From: Legionellaceae bacterium
GTDB lineage: Bacteria > Pseudomonadota > Gammaproteobacteria > Legionellales > Legionellaceae
NCBI GenBank assembly: GCA_030695645.1
Contig: JAUYQG010000162.1
Location: forward strand, 7,092 to 71,091
DNA length: 64,000 nucleotides
Reading direction: 5' to 3'
Shown: in pieces, positions 9,755-19,651 of the stretch
How the letters are laid out: every line of letters starts with the position of its first letter
Position numbering within the stretch: position 1 is the stretch's first letter
The notes under the pieces: generated by a model
What the model was told of the DNA's origin: nothing
Database searches by the model: none
What the model saw: only the letters and a program-made list of their open reading frames with translations
Made by a program: the position numbers and the translations under genes

Positions 9755-10521
9755 ATAGTCAATAATTCTTTTACGCTTTTCGTTGTGATCATATTATGCT
9801 CGCCTGCATACTCTCCTTGAGGATCAATGAGGACACCCAAACAATGATATTGAGTTGCCATGGCCATGTCACTTTCAAAGCTATCACCAATCACCATGAT
9901 TTCATTAGGACAACACTGATAATCAGCTGCTATCTGGGATAATACATATGTGCTTGGTTTCCCGACAATGCAATCGGGGCTTCGATTCGAAGCCGCTGAG
10001 AGTGCTCCAACGATTGCCCCACATCCAGGAGAATAGGTTGTTTTTCCATTTGGAAAATATCGATCAATATTACATGCAATGAATTTACCACCTTTTATAA
10101 GAACTGATAATGCGATAGCCATTTTTTGATAGGAAAAATTAACATCGAGTCCAACGACAACATGGTCTGCATCGCCGCTCGTCACAATATGGATTCCACC
10201 CCTCTCAAGATCTTCACAAAATTCAGCTGATCCAATGACATAGACATTATTAAGTTCTGATTCAACTAAATATCGCAGGGTCGCAGCAGCTGAAGAATAA
10301 ATATCATGTGGATCGCACACAACTCCCAATCGATTTAATTTGGTATGAATTTGCGATAGTGACGAGGCAGAGCCATTTGTAAAGAAAACGACTTTGCGTT
10401 GTTTTCGTATGAATTGAATAAGATCGATGGCGCCATCTACTGCTTGATTGCCGATATAGATGGTTCCATCCAAATCTAAAACACAAAGACGTATATTCTC
10501 GTTTAGTCCATTCATACTCAA
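9739..10521 (-). CDS. HAD-superfamily (subfamily IIA, NagD-like) phosphatase
   Basis: DLDGTIY (DxDGT motif I), FFTNGS (motif II), GKP and GDSFESDM (motifs III/IV). Confidence 0.8.
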   Translation of the reverse strand: MSMNGLNENIRLCVLDLDGTIYIGNQAVDGAIDLIQFIRKQRKVVFFTNGSASSLSQIHTKLNRLGVVCDPHDIYSSAAATLRYLVESELNNVYVIGSAEFCEDLERGGIHIVTSGDADHVVVGLDVNFSYQKMAIALSVLIKGGKFIACNIDRYFPNGKTTYSPGCGAIVGALSAASNRSPDCIVGKPSTYVLSQIAADYQCCPNEIMVIGDSFESDMAMATQYHCLGVLIDPQGEYAGEHNMITTKSVKELLTMWRQF

Positions 10522-10524
10522 ACA

Positions 10525-12312
10525 TTAATCCTGAGGGATCATATTGGAATTAAACTCCGCACGATCTAGAAAAGGGTATAAATCTTCAAGAGGCCTAGCA
10601 ATCAGGCGCCCATCTGCCGTTTTTTCAGAGGATAGTTTTGGTGCGAAAATATATTCTTTATCGAGCACTACTTCACACAAAACCGCCGTTGGGCTTTTTA
10701 ATACTTCTTGTATTTTTTCATCACTTCCTACTGTGGAATTTATGACAACATAAGATAAATCATACAGATCAGCGACTTTTCTCAAGTTTGGAAAAGAAAC
10801 ACCCGATTCCTCATTACACCCAATATAATCACCATTAAAAAAACTTGACTGTGTTTGCTCTATTGAACGATATCCATGGTTATTTAAGACAAATAATTTG
10901 ATGGGTAGAGCATAATGTTTGATTGTTTGTAATTCTTGAATATTCATTTGTAAGCAACCATCTCCAATGAGACAAATGACTGGCTTATTACAAGCAAGGG
11001 CAGCGCCAATTGACGCAGGCAAAGCATATCCCATTGAGGCACACCCTGAATTCCAGAAGATCCGCTGATTTGATTTTACAATTCCCGCTTGAAACAACAC
11101 GACGCACGCACTACCATTCGCTGATACGACAACAGCATCTTTATCTAAATGATATGTCAATTGTTCAACAAAGACATATGGGTGAACGCTTTTTAAACAT
11201 GTTTTTCTATACAAATCTAACACGACAGGATATTTTTTCTTTCGCAATAAACACCATGCTAGCCATGCCTCATTAACTCGAAAATCTTTGGGAATTTTCT
11301 TAATTAATTCTCTCAGGAATACCTTGGCATCTGCATTTACGAGAATATCACCTTTAACTGTTTTTTTATGCAGCTCGGTATTATCAATATCAATGATAAT
11401 TTTTTTTGCATTTTTAGCATAGGATTGCCAATTATAACTGATTTGTCGAATATTATTCCGTGTTCCTAAAGAAAGGACAAGATCGGCATTTTGAAGGGCA
11501 AAATTTCCCGCACGACTGCCGAGCGTGCCAATCCTCCCAACAAATGTATCTGAATCATTCTCAATGAGATCAAAACCATTAAAAGTTGTGACCACAGGCA
11601 TGCCAAGCCGATCAATAAATGCGTGCAGTTCTTTTTTTGCCTGAGCAATCCGAATGCCGTGACCCGCAATTAACAGTGGTCTTTTTGCCTTCTGTAATTC
11701 GTCCATTACTAGGGATAATTGACCTTCATCTAGTTCTAACTTATCGGGGTCCACCCGATATGAGGCTATTTTCGGTGCATCAATTAAAGCTCCTTGCACA
11801 TCAAGGGGAATATCTAACCACACAGGCCCAGGTCTTCCTTCGGTGGCTATCTGAATTGCTTTTTCCAATTCAGCTTTAATTGTTGTTGGATCAGTAACCA
11901 TCGCAGAATATTTGGTCACTGACTTTACAATCTCGACAATATTAGTTTCTTGATCACCAAGTTGGCGCAAACCTGAGTTGGGAACAGAGGAAACTGTTGT
12001 TTCAAATTTCACCTGTCCGGATAAATAGAGCACTGGTATCGAATCGAGCCATTGACCAATAACGCCCGTAAGTGTATTGGTACCGCCAGGACCTGAGGAA
12101 ACGCACACCACAGCCAAGCTACCTTTAGTACGAGAGTAACCCTCAGCAGCAATTGCGGCGCCCTGCTCGTGGTGAAAACATACAAATTTGAGTCGTTTTT
12201 CCTTTTTAATTGCATCATTTAAGTGCATTGCTCCGCCGCCAGTTATCAAAAACACAATTTTTATTCCATAATCGGCGAGATATTTAAAAATGAAATCAGC
12301 AACTCTCATCAC
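10525..12312 (-). CDS. thiamine-diphosphate-dependent enzyme, acetolactate-synthase-like (YerE-like candidate)
   Basis: Three-domain length of 595 aa. ThDP-binding motif GDGCLQMNIQELQT...LNNHGY. N-terminal Pyr domain GGGAMHLNDAI ... HHEQGAA. Located in a CDP-deoxysugar cluster. Confidence 0.8.
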   Translation of the reverse strand: MMRVADFIFKYLADYGIKIVFLITGGGAMHLNDAIKKEKRLKFVCFHHEQGAAIAAEGYSRTKGSLAVVCVSSGPGGTNTLTGVIGQWLDSIPVLYLSGQVKFETTVSSVPNSGLRQLGDQETNIVEIVKSVTKYSAMVTDPTTIKAELEKAIQIATEGRPGPVWLDIPLDVQGALIDAPKIASYRVDPDKLELDEGQLSLVMDELQKAKRPLLIAGHGIRIAQAKKELHAFIDRLGMPVVTTFNGFDLIENDSDTFVGRIGTLGSRAGNFALQNADLVLSLGTRNNIRQISYNWQSYAKNAKKIIIDIDNTELHKKTVKGDILVNADAKVFLRELIKKIPKDFRVNEAWLAWCLLRKKKYPVVLDLYRKTCLKSVHPYVFVEQLTYHLDKDAVVVSANGSACVVLFQAGIVKSNQRIFWNSGCASMGYALPASIGAALACNKPVICLIGDGCLQMNIQELQTIKHYALPIKLFVLNNHGYRSIEQTQSSFFNGDYIGCNEESGVSFPNLRKVADLYDLSYVVINSTVGSDEKIQEVLKSPTAVLCEVVLDKEYIFAPKLSSEKTADGRLIARPLEDLYPFLDRAEFNSNMIPQD

Positions 12313-12324
12313 ATCTCCATAAGG

Positions 12325-12819
12325 CTATAAGTATTTTTTGTAGATATTATGTAGTATTAATAAATCATCAGGACAGCGATCATGCCATTGAACAAAACCT
12401 GGATCAGTTTTTAACAACCCTTTATTTTTGGGCTCAAAATTTTCATTTAAAAAACATTCATAGAGAAGTGAAATAAAATGACCTCTAACAGACCTTTTTT
12501 CACTAAGTATTTCGTTAATTGCGATGGGTTTTGGCGTGAAGTCAACCTGTGATCCAATTTCCTCTTCCGCTACTTTTTTCAATCGTGTAATGAGAGTCTC
12601 TTTAAACCTTACGATTCCACCAGGCAGATGCCATCCTTTTCCGGCATATTGATCATCTCTCCAAGATAAAAGAAAACGACCAGATTCGTCTTTAATTAAA
12701 AGATCAACGTTGATCATTGGTGTAACTGAGCTTACAAAATAAAATACATCATCAGGAAGCCCTTCGGATGGATCCTGAATTTCTTTTTTCAAAAAAGAAA
12801 CTGCCTCAAATAAATTCAT
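12325..12819 (-). CDS. Nudix hydrolase (GDP-mannose mannosyl hydrolase/WcaH-like)
   Basis: Modified Nudix box GGIVRFKETLITRLKKVAEEEIG, similar to the variant box of Gmm/NudD proteins. About 160 aa. Confidence 0.65.
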   Translation of the reverse strand: MNLFEAVSFLKKEIQDPSEGLPDDVFYFVSSVTPMINVDLLIKDESGRFLLSWRDDQYAGKGWHLPGGIVRFKETLITRLKKVAEEEIGSQVDFTPKPIAINEILSEKRSVRGHFISLLYECFLNENFEPKNKGLLKTDPGFVQWHDRCPDDLLILHNIYKKYL

Positions 12820-14155
12820 TGATCATCTCCAAACGTTTTTTTTCTTTTTTTACGTCCGGAGGAGACGTGGAACCAAGACCTACATCAATAATTGATTTTT
12901 GTTGTGCATAAGAATCCCATTCCTTACGGTTAAATCCAAGGTTATATTCCGGAAGACGGAGCTTCATGCATTGCGAACACAGTTTATTTTTCTTTTTAGC
13001 CTCATTAATTTCTTGAGTTGTTGCCTCTAAGAAATTGGGAGCAACGATATTCCCCTCTCGATGAAAAACCGTACAACAAATTGGAACAGATAAGTCCGCA
13101 TTAATATTGATTTGGTTTTCTCTAAAAGGACAGGTATTTTTCGGAAGGGGCTCTTTAGAGGCTGCTTCAATGCCTTCATCAATAGTAACGAGCAAATTCT
13201 TTTGTAGGTCTTGCGTTTGCTTGTCTGGATTGCCCTCAAGATGTGACATGACTCGTTCAAGAGGCATTACGAGTGCATAGGTTTTAGAAACAATAAAATC
13301 GAGTTCCTTCGCTAAGTCTTCGATTTTTTCCAAATTCTCACCCGAATTATCTCGATATAAGTGATAATTAATATCCACAAGTGTATTGGACTTATAGCGA
13401 TCCATGAGATATCTAAGGCGATATAAATTAGATTTAACTAAATTTATATTTCCTCCTGTATGGGTGTTTTCATAAGCTTTCGGATAAAATCCAGACAAAG
13501 ATACTTTTAGATAATCAGGTGATGTGCTAATTACTTTTTCAATTCTATTTTCGAATTTAATGGACAAATTGCTCGAAAGAGCAACTGCAACATTATATGA
13601 ATGTACATATTTTATAATTTCATCCAAATGAGGGTGCAGAAAAGGCTCACCCCAACTGTATAAGCTTAAATGTGTCATATCCGATTCTTTTATAGCCTTA
13701 TCAAAAACTTTTTTAAAGGTTTCTAGGGTCATGGAACCCCTTGGCACATTATGTTCTTGAATACTGTGGGGACATGATGGACATTTAAGATTACAAGAAC
13801 TTAAAATATCAATGGTATAGTAAGGTGAGTCCTGATCTTGAAAACTATACACCGGGATATTGGACATACCCTGCTTTGAGAGTTGTGAAAAAATTTCATC
13901 CTCTTTTAAAGCCACAGCAACCAAAATCACACAATTATCTATTGTTGGTAAAAAGTTCTCTAGCTCCTGAGGATGAATGACCGGCAATCCACAGACTTTT
14001 TTGCCAATGAATGCTATATCTGAGTCAATAAAACCTACAACATTAATGTTTCTTGAGCGAGCCCTTCTGAAAGCGCCTAAGCCCGTCATTCGAGCTCCCC
14101 AAATGACAATATTTTTACTCGCAATGGCACTAAGAATTGCAGTTCTATTTTTCAA
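12806..14155 (-). CDS. radical SAM enzyme with N-terminal Rossmann-like module and C-terminal Cys-rich (SPASM/twitch-like) region
   Basis: CNLKCPSCPH (CX3CX2C). N-terminal IVIWGARMTGLG...VVGFIDSD...GLPV resembles the NeuD/PglD N-domain and the C-terminal module of the neighbouring C-methyltransferase. C-terminal cysteines CPF...ICC...CSQC. Confidence 0.8.
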   Translation of the reverse strand: MKNRTAILSAIASKNIVIWGARMTGLGAFRRARSRNINVVGFIDSDIAFIGKKVCGLPVIHPQELENFLPTIDNCVILVAVALKEDEIFSQLSKQGMSNIPVYSFQDQDSPYYTIDILSSCNLKCPSCPHSIQEHNVPRGSMTLETFKKVFDKAIKESDMTHLSLYSWGEPFLHPHLDEIIKYVHSYNVAVALSSNLSIKFENRIEKVISTSPDYLKVSLSGFYPKAYENTHTGGNINLVKSNLYRLRYLMDRYKSNTLVDINYHLYRDNSGENLEKIEDLAKELDFIVSKTYALVMPLERVMSHLEGNPDKQTQDLQKNLLVTIDEGIEAASKEPLPKNTCPFRENQININADLSVPICCTVFHREGNIVAPNFLEATTQEINEAKKKNKLCSQCMKLRLPEYNLGFNRKEWDSYAQQKSIIDVGLGSTSPPDVKKEKKRLEMINEFI

Positions 14156-14182
14156 ATTTAGATATCCTCAAAGACTTGGTTA

Positions 14183-15316
14183 TTATTTTTGGTTCTGTAA
14201 CCATCGATTGGCCTGCAAATTTTCAAAATCTTGTCTCCCTCCAATTAAGTCGATCACAGTATCCGAATGAGGATCAAGATCTTCCTCAACACATACCATT
14301 GGAGCTGAGCAGTTTGCGCACAAGTTTACACATTTTCTTTTTCCAGCAAGCATTGCAACCTGAAGCTCACGGAGTAATGAGCCATACCAAATCTCAGATA
14401 CAGTTTGAGTGTTTACGTTTCCAATGACCACTTTCCGTGGCCAGTCAAGTGTACAAGGACTTACGGTTCCATCACAGTTAAACTGCATATACATAAAGAT
14501 AAACGGACAGGTATTTTTCCACGAGCTGATAGGCTGCCCATACATGCCCGTCTCAGTGACTTCATTTTGTTTGTCAAGTTGTGTGTCTGCCCATTGAGGG
14601 ACCACCTTTTCAACAAATATTTCATCACAGATCGGAGTGAATGTATCGAAAAAGTACTTTTTCTCCTCATCACTTAGAATAAATTTCTTGGTTGAGTCCT
14701 TTTTAAGTGCATGTGCTTGATCAGCAATTTTAACATATATTTTTAATTCACTTTTTGCCGCCGTTTTTATCTCGTATAGGCTTTTAACCCCATCAATAAT
14801 TTTTTGAAATTTCTGTCGTGTACCAGCAACTTCGAAATATCGTTCATCAGATAGCCCTTCTAGTGATATATTTATCCGCTGCAATCCAGCGTCAACAAGA
14901 CCTTTATTCAGTTCTGGCTCTAATCGAGAGCCATTAGTAAACATTTCAATTATTTCAGATCTGCCGCTTTTTCTTGCGTAAGCGACTAGTTCAGCAACAT
15001 GAGGATGCAGTGTTGGCTCTCCATGGTTTCCTATTTTAATTTTTTTAATCTTATCAGGAAAATCACGGAACTCATCTACAATTTTTTTAAACATAGAAAC
15101 CTCCATGAATCCCCGTTTGAGGCCAGCCTGTTTCATTCCGGCTGAATCAGCCTGGAAGCAAAAGCTACAGCGATAATTACAGACACTCGAGATATCAATA
15201 TGTGCAGATATTGGTGTTTTTAATGGCAGCATATCTTGTAAAGGTTTTTTTACAGCGGAATGAATTCTCGGTCTTATAATTGTAGACTTCTCATCGATTA
15301 GTTCGTTTATCATCAA
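14183..15316 (-). CDS. radical SAM / SPASM-domain protein
   Basis: ISSVCNYRCSFCFQ (CX3CX2C). C-terminal CPF...CDG...SPC...CANCSAPMVC cluster consistent with auxiliary Fe-S binding. Confidence 0.85.
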   Translation of the reverse strand: MMINELIDEKSTIIRPRIHSAVKKPLQDMLPLKTPISAHIDISSVCNYRCSFCFQADSAGMKQAGLKRGFMEVSMFKKIVDEFRDFPDKIKKIKIGNHGEPTLHPHVAELVAYARKSGRSEIIEMFTNGSRLEPELNKGLVDAGLQRINISLEGLSDERYFEVAGTRQKFQKIIDGVKSLYEIKTAAKSELKIYVKIADQAHALKKDSTKKFILSDEEKKYFFDTFTPICDEIFVEKVVPQWADTQLDKQNEVTETGMYGQPISSWKNTCPFIFMYMQFNCDGTVSPCTLDWPRKVVIGNVNTQTVSEIWYGSLLRELQVAMLAGKRKCVNLCANCSAPMVCVEEDLDPHSDTVIDLIGGRQDFENLQANRWLQNQK

Positions 15317-15464
15317 TTTCCCTCCATTGCTGGTTCAGCTTAATCAAAATATAGGGTAACTACTGCGATTGCAAGCGCAAAAATCCTGCCGTAGAAAGCC
15401 CATGCTAGGTCACCCAGAGTGTTAGGAACTACACCGGGTTATAGGTATCATCTCCATTTCAGTT

Positions 15465-16466
15465 CTACTTAATCCCACGAATAGAGTAAATGGCCTTCCG
15501 CACAATTCTTCTAGGCCAAGATCGCACAATATGGCTGACTGGTTTGAGTTTGCATAAAACCTGCTGCTTAGCTGGCTCTTTGCAAATCTCTGACATCAAC
15601 TGAAAAATATTATATTGATCTAGCACAAGCTTTCTTGCTTCAATAATTGCATGTACATAGCCATTATAAGGATCTCTTTGAATCAGATCATTCAGAATTG
15701 ACACGCTACTCTCAAAATCATCAATATCTATACTACAAAAAGAGTTTGATGAAAAATAGTTTGATATATTTGGACAACCATAATAGATAGGTAGAGAAAA
15801 CCCAAGATAAGCGTCTGCTAATTTTTCAGACCAGTAATCCGGTACAACACTATTTTCCAAGACAATATGATATTTGTAGGGTGCAATGGCATGCCATTTA
15901 TCTAAGATAGGATTATGACCACCCCCAAAAAAGTCAATATGTTTACTGATCGCATGATTCTTTAATCTTTCTAGAAATTCTAAGCGTTTTGTATGCCCTG
16001 GAAGTGATCTGTTTTTCGAACAGATGACCGACATGATTTTTTGCTTTGCAACGGGCATCATTGTTTTTAAGATATCATAATTCAACGAGTAGTCAGGTGA
16101 AAAGTGATGGCCATTTTCATGTCGTACATTGATCCCACACCACCAAGTCAGGCCATTAGTATATTGGATATTCCTATGTTGTACCTTACGGTCACAAAGG
16201 ATCAGTTTGGAAAACTGTGCGTGAAATCCTGATGGAACCCATTGCTCGGTAGGTTCCATTGAAATATAAACAATATGCTCAGGGTCGCATCGTGTCACTT
16301 CAGGCCGAACTAACGATGAGCTGTGGCACACAAACCACCAATCACAATACTCTACATCTTGCTTGACAATAAATTGATTATTACCCCACCGCCCCTTTCC
16401 ATAGGGGGATTGTCGCATGATAAGTCCAGCTAGCTCTGGCTTTCCAGTAGTTAGTTTTATCAGCAT
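15465..16466 (-). CDS. glycosyltransferase, GT10 (alpha-1,3-fucosyltransferase)-like
   Basis: C-terminal YKYHIVLENSVVPDYWSEKLADAYLGFSLPIYYG resembles the GT10 motif (YKF..AFENS...DYVTEK). Start is uncertain: the track begins at a TTG at 16508, and I used the first ATG. Confidence 0.6.
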   Translation of the reverse strand: MLIKLTTGKPELAGLIMRQSPYGKGRWGNNQFIVKQDVEYCDWWFVCHSSSLVRPEVTRCDPEHIVYISMEPTEQWVPSGFHAQFSKLILCDRKVQHRNIQYTNGLTWWCGINVRHENGHHFSPDYSLNYDILKTMMPVAKQKIMSVICSKNRSLPGHTKRLEFLERLKNHAISKHIDFFGGGHNPILDKWHAIAPYKYHIVLENSVVPDYWSEKLADAYLGFSLPIYYGCPNISNYFSSNSFCSIDIDDFESSVSILNDLIQRDPYNGYVHAIIEARKLVLDQYNIFQLMSEICKEPAKQQVLCKLKPVSHIVRSWPRRIVRKAIYSIRGIK

Positions 16467-16537
16467 ACAACACCATTCTCTACCTTGACGTTTTGACCAA
16501 CTGCTCAAACTGAAGTGGTTGGTGGCCCATTTTTTTG

Positions 16538-17746
16538 TTAATGACGAGTTGCAAGAAATTCTTGGAATGATTGATGAATATGCTGGACCATATTTTTTGT
16601 TAACCCATGATGGCAGCCAATTAACATTCCATTTCTCATGACCTGATCAGCACCAGGATAACCGGCTTGTGCTTCTCGTCGATTAATATTTTTAAACCCT
16701 GGCTGGCGCAAAATATTTCCGGTAAACACAGTGCGGGTTTGAATATTGCGCAGCTCAAGAAAGATCTGTAGTTCTTTTCGAGTGAAGGAAGCATTATCTT
16801 TTATTATTAACGGATATGCTAACCATCCTGTGCGTGAGTTTGGCAACTGCTTAGGCAAAATAAACCTATCTTGATACTGGGTAAAAAACTCAGTATGAAG
16901 GTTAAAAGCTTGTTCACGAGCAAGGATATTTTGATTCAACTTTTTAAGTTGCACCAAGCCAAAAGCCGCACCCAGTTCTGAGGGTTCCAGGTTATATCCT
17001 ATCGTTTCAAATATGAATTTGGCATCATAGTCTATATCGTCGACTTTAATATTAAAGCGATTTTCAATTGCTTCTGATTCCACAAATAAGGAAGAACTTC
17101 GTCCCCAACTGCGTAGTAATTTTGCTTTTTCAGCTATTTTATTATCATTGACGCATAACATTCCGCCATTGCCCGCACAATTTATAATATGCGACCCATA
17201 AAAACTAGTAGTACTAATATCTGTGAATCTCCCTGCGGGCAGCTCATCGATGATGCTACCTAAGGCATCGCAGGAATCTTCAATTACAATTAATTTATAC
17301 CTATCAGCAAGTACTCTTATTGCCTTCCAGTCCGGAAGATTTCCTAATAAATTGGGAATCATCATCGCTTTAGTATTCGATGTAATCATTTCCTCAATTT
17401 TATTGACATCAATATTAAATGTTTCAGGAGTCACATCAACAAAAACGGGTGTAAGGTTGTTTTTAATTATTGGGGCAACTGTCGTGGCGAAAGTTAATGC
17501 AGGAGTGATGATTTCAGAACCAGAGGGTAAGTTTAATAACTCTAAGGCCAAGTAATTGGCAGAAGATCCTGAATTCACCATAATCCCGTATTTTTTATTG
17601 AATAACCCAGAGATTTTCTCTTCCATTTCGCGAACATGTTTTCCCATCTGAGTAGAAGTATGCAGTACAGAAACAACTGCAGCAATTTCTTCTTCACCAT
17701 GCACTGTTTGCCCATAAGGGACATGTATATATTGCTGTTTGTTCAT
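16538..17746 (-). CDS. PLP/PMP-dependent NDP-4-keto-6-deoxyhexose 3-dehydratase (E1/ColD-like, DegT fold)
   Basis: DegT/DnrJ/EryC1 fold (NSGSSANYLA, IEDSCDALG). The position of the Schiff-base Lys is His (SFYGSHIINCAGNGG), as in E1 (DdhC/AscC) and ColD dehydratases. Confidence 0.7.
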   Translation of the reverse strand: MNKQQYIHVPYGQTVHGEEEIAAVVSVLHTSTQMGKHVREMEEKISGLFNKKYGIMVNSGSSANYLALELLNLPSGSEIITPALTFATTVAPIIKNNLTPVFVDVTPETFNIDVNKIEEMITSNTKAMMIPNLLGNLPDWKAIRVLADRYKLIVIEDSCDALGSIIDELPAGRFTDISTTSFYGSHIINCAGNGGMLCVNDNKIAEKAKLLRSWGRSSSLFVESEAIENRFNIKVDDIDYDAKFIFETIGYNLEPSELGAAFGLVQLKKLNQNILAREQAFNLHTEFFTQYQDRFILPKQLPNSRTGWLAYPLIIKDNASFTRKELQIFLELRNIQTRTVFTGNILRQPGFKNINRREAQAGYPGADQVMRNGMLIGCHHGLTKNMVQHIHQSFQEFLATRH

Positions 17747-17781
17747 TAAACTATTTATCCTTACTCTGCTAATATTCTAAA

Positions 17782-17793
17782 CACGCTACCGCC
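17782..17793 (-). promoter_or_regulatory. ops (operon polarity suppressor) element GGCGGTAGCGTG
   Basis: The reverse complement of 17782..17793 is GGCGGTAGCGTG. This is a full match to the RfaH recruitment consensus GGCGGTAGnnTG. It sits in the leader 36-47 nt upstream of the first gene of the long minus-strand operon and just downstream of rfaH. Confidence 0.8.
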
Positions 17794-17892
17794 CTTGGAT
17801 TTCATTGCGTCAATTTCCAAAAGACTTCGGATAAGATTGTAATCCATAACGACTCCCGTTCGGAGTCACTATGTTTTTTTAAAACATCAGTT

Positions 17893-18396
17893 TTACCCAC
17901 TCATAGCCAATGAAGTTTCAGGTAATTCCAAATGTTGTTGGCGATTAAATAAATTTAACAACAAAATAACACGCTCTTCACCGGTTGGTGCCATCACAAT
18001 GGCTTCCAAATCCTTAAAGCATCCTTGTGTAATTCGAACACGGTCACCTTTTTTAAACATATTCTCAGGCCCGCTGTGATTCATTTTAATACAAATATTC
18101 CGTAGATCCTCGATTAAATCGTTACTAATACTAGCAGGGACGCCATTAAATGTGACCATACGACTTACTCCGCGAGTTGAGCGGATCGATGACCAGGATG
18201 TCAATTGATTTAACGAAACAAACAGATAATATGGAAATAAAGGAGATAGAAGCGTTTGAATGGAATCACGTGATGTTTTCTTAAGAGGATATGTCGGATG
18301 GAAACATTGATAGCCTTGATTGGACAATTGTATCTCGGCACGAAAACTTTCTCGAGGCTTGCATTGTACTAAATACCACTTACTATCCTTGTCCAT
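17893..18396 (-). CDS. rfaH: transcription antiterminator RfaH (NusG paralog)
   Basis: WYLVQCKPRES, PLFPYYLFV, TRGVSRMVTF, GDRVRITQGCF and GEERVILLLNL align by eye with the E. coli RfaH hallmarks (WYLLYCK, PLFPNYLFV, TRGVSHFVRF, GDKVIITEGAF, LLLNL). Confidence 0.85.
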   Translation of the reverse strand: MDKDSKWYLVQCKPRESFRAEIQLSNQGYQCFHPTYPLKKTSRDSIQTLLSPLFPYYLFVSLNQLTSWSSIRSTRGVSRMVTFNGVPASISNDLIEDLRNICIKMNHSGPENMFKKGDRVRITQGCFKDLEAIVMAPTGEERVILLLNLFNRQQHLELPETSLAMSG

Positions 18397-18553
18397 TACT
18401 GCTCCATTACCTATTGTATTTATGCCTGGAAATGACTTTGTCGATACCCTTTCTGTGTTAGGGGTGACTATATCAATTCTTTCATCTCTTGTCTACTCTC
18501 AAATAAGCCGATCTCACCTATGAAACTTTAATATCCATCTGTGAATAGTCCTT

Positions 18554-19651
18554 TCAATTGCACCCCAATTTACCTGAATATATCGTCTGTTGAATGTAAT
18601 CATCGAGTTGTTTTTCCATAATGTGACGAGGATCAGCGCCTTTTTGTAATTGATTAAACCAATCCATAACTAATTGCAATGTTTCATCTAGCGTTAAAAT
18701 CGGTTTCCAATTAAGATGGCTGATTGATTTAGATATGTCCAATTTGAGATGATGTGCTTCATGAGGATGTTGCTGCTCATCAATTTCCCATGATACATCC
18801 TCATCATAAAGTTCAATCATTCGTTGGACTATCCAAGACACCGATTTAGCTTCATCATCAATCGGTCCGAAATTCCAAGCTTCTGCAAAACGAGGTCCCT
18901 GCTCATAAAGCTTTTCAGCTAACACCAAATAACCGCGCAGTGGTTCCAGCACGTGTTGCCAAGGACGAATGGAATGTGGGTTGCGAATAGTAATTCTAGT
19001 TTTTGATTGAAATGCCGCAAGAATATCTGGAATCAATCTATTTGTAGCATAGTCACCACCACCAATAACATTTCCAGCTCTAGCAGTTGCCAAGGCTACA
19101 CCATGTTGTTCGTACGTGTTAGGATTAAAATAAGATGAACGAAATGCGGTACTAACGAGTTCTGAGCACCCTTTACTATTGCTATACGGATCATAGCCAC
19201 CTAATGCGTCATGCTCTCGATACCCCCAAAGCCATTCACGATTTTCATAACATTTGTCAGAAGTGATATTGACAATAGCTTTAACACTTGGTGTATGCCG
19301 AGCAGCTTCTAAGAGGTGCACGGTTCCCATAACGTTGGTCGCATACGTATTCACAGGATCAACATAAGAGGCTTGTACTAATGATTGGGCTGCCATATGA
19401 AAAATTATTTCAGGCTTATTGTCGTTTAAAACTTGTTGCAACAATACGAGATCTAAAATATCACCGTGGTACGAGCAGATCTTTTCTGCAATTCGCGCAC
19501 TTTCAAAGAGGTTACATGGTGTTGGGGGAGATAGAGCATATCCAATAACATCGGCCCCCATCATTTGTAACCATACGGAAAGCCATGATCCTTTAAAACC
19601 AGTATGACCTGTAATTAAAATACGTTTATCACGCCAAAATTGTTGATTCAT
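18554..19651 (-). CDS. rfbG: CDP-glucose 4,6-dehydratase
   Basis: MNQQFWRDKRILITGHTGFKGSWL is the typical RfbG/DdhB N-terminus. SDR YxxxK region. Start chosen at the ATG that forms an ATGA overlap with the rfbF stop; the track extends to 19687. Confidence 0.85.
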   Translation of the reverse strand: MNQQFWRDKRILITGHTGFKGSWLSVWLQMMGADVIGYALSPPTPCNLFESARIAEKICSYHGDILDLVLLQQVLNDNKPEIIFHMAAQSLVQASYVDPVNTYATNVMGTVHLLEAARHTPSVKAIVNITSDKCYENREWLWGYREHDALGGYDPYSNSKGCSELVSTAFRSSYFNPNTYEQHGVALATARAGNVIGGGDYATNRLIPDILAAFQSKTRITIRNPHSIRPWQHVLEPLRGYLVLAEKLYEQGPRFAEAWNFGPIDDEAKSVSWIVQRMIELYDEDVSWEIDEQQHPHEAHHLKLDISKSISHLNWKPILTLDETLQLVMDWFNQLQKGADPRHIMEKQLDDYIQQTIYSGKLGCN

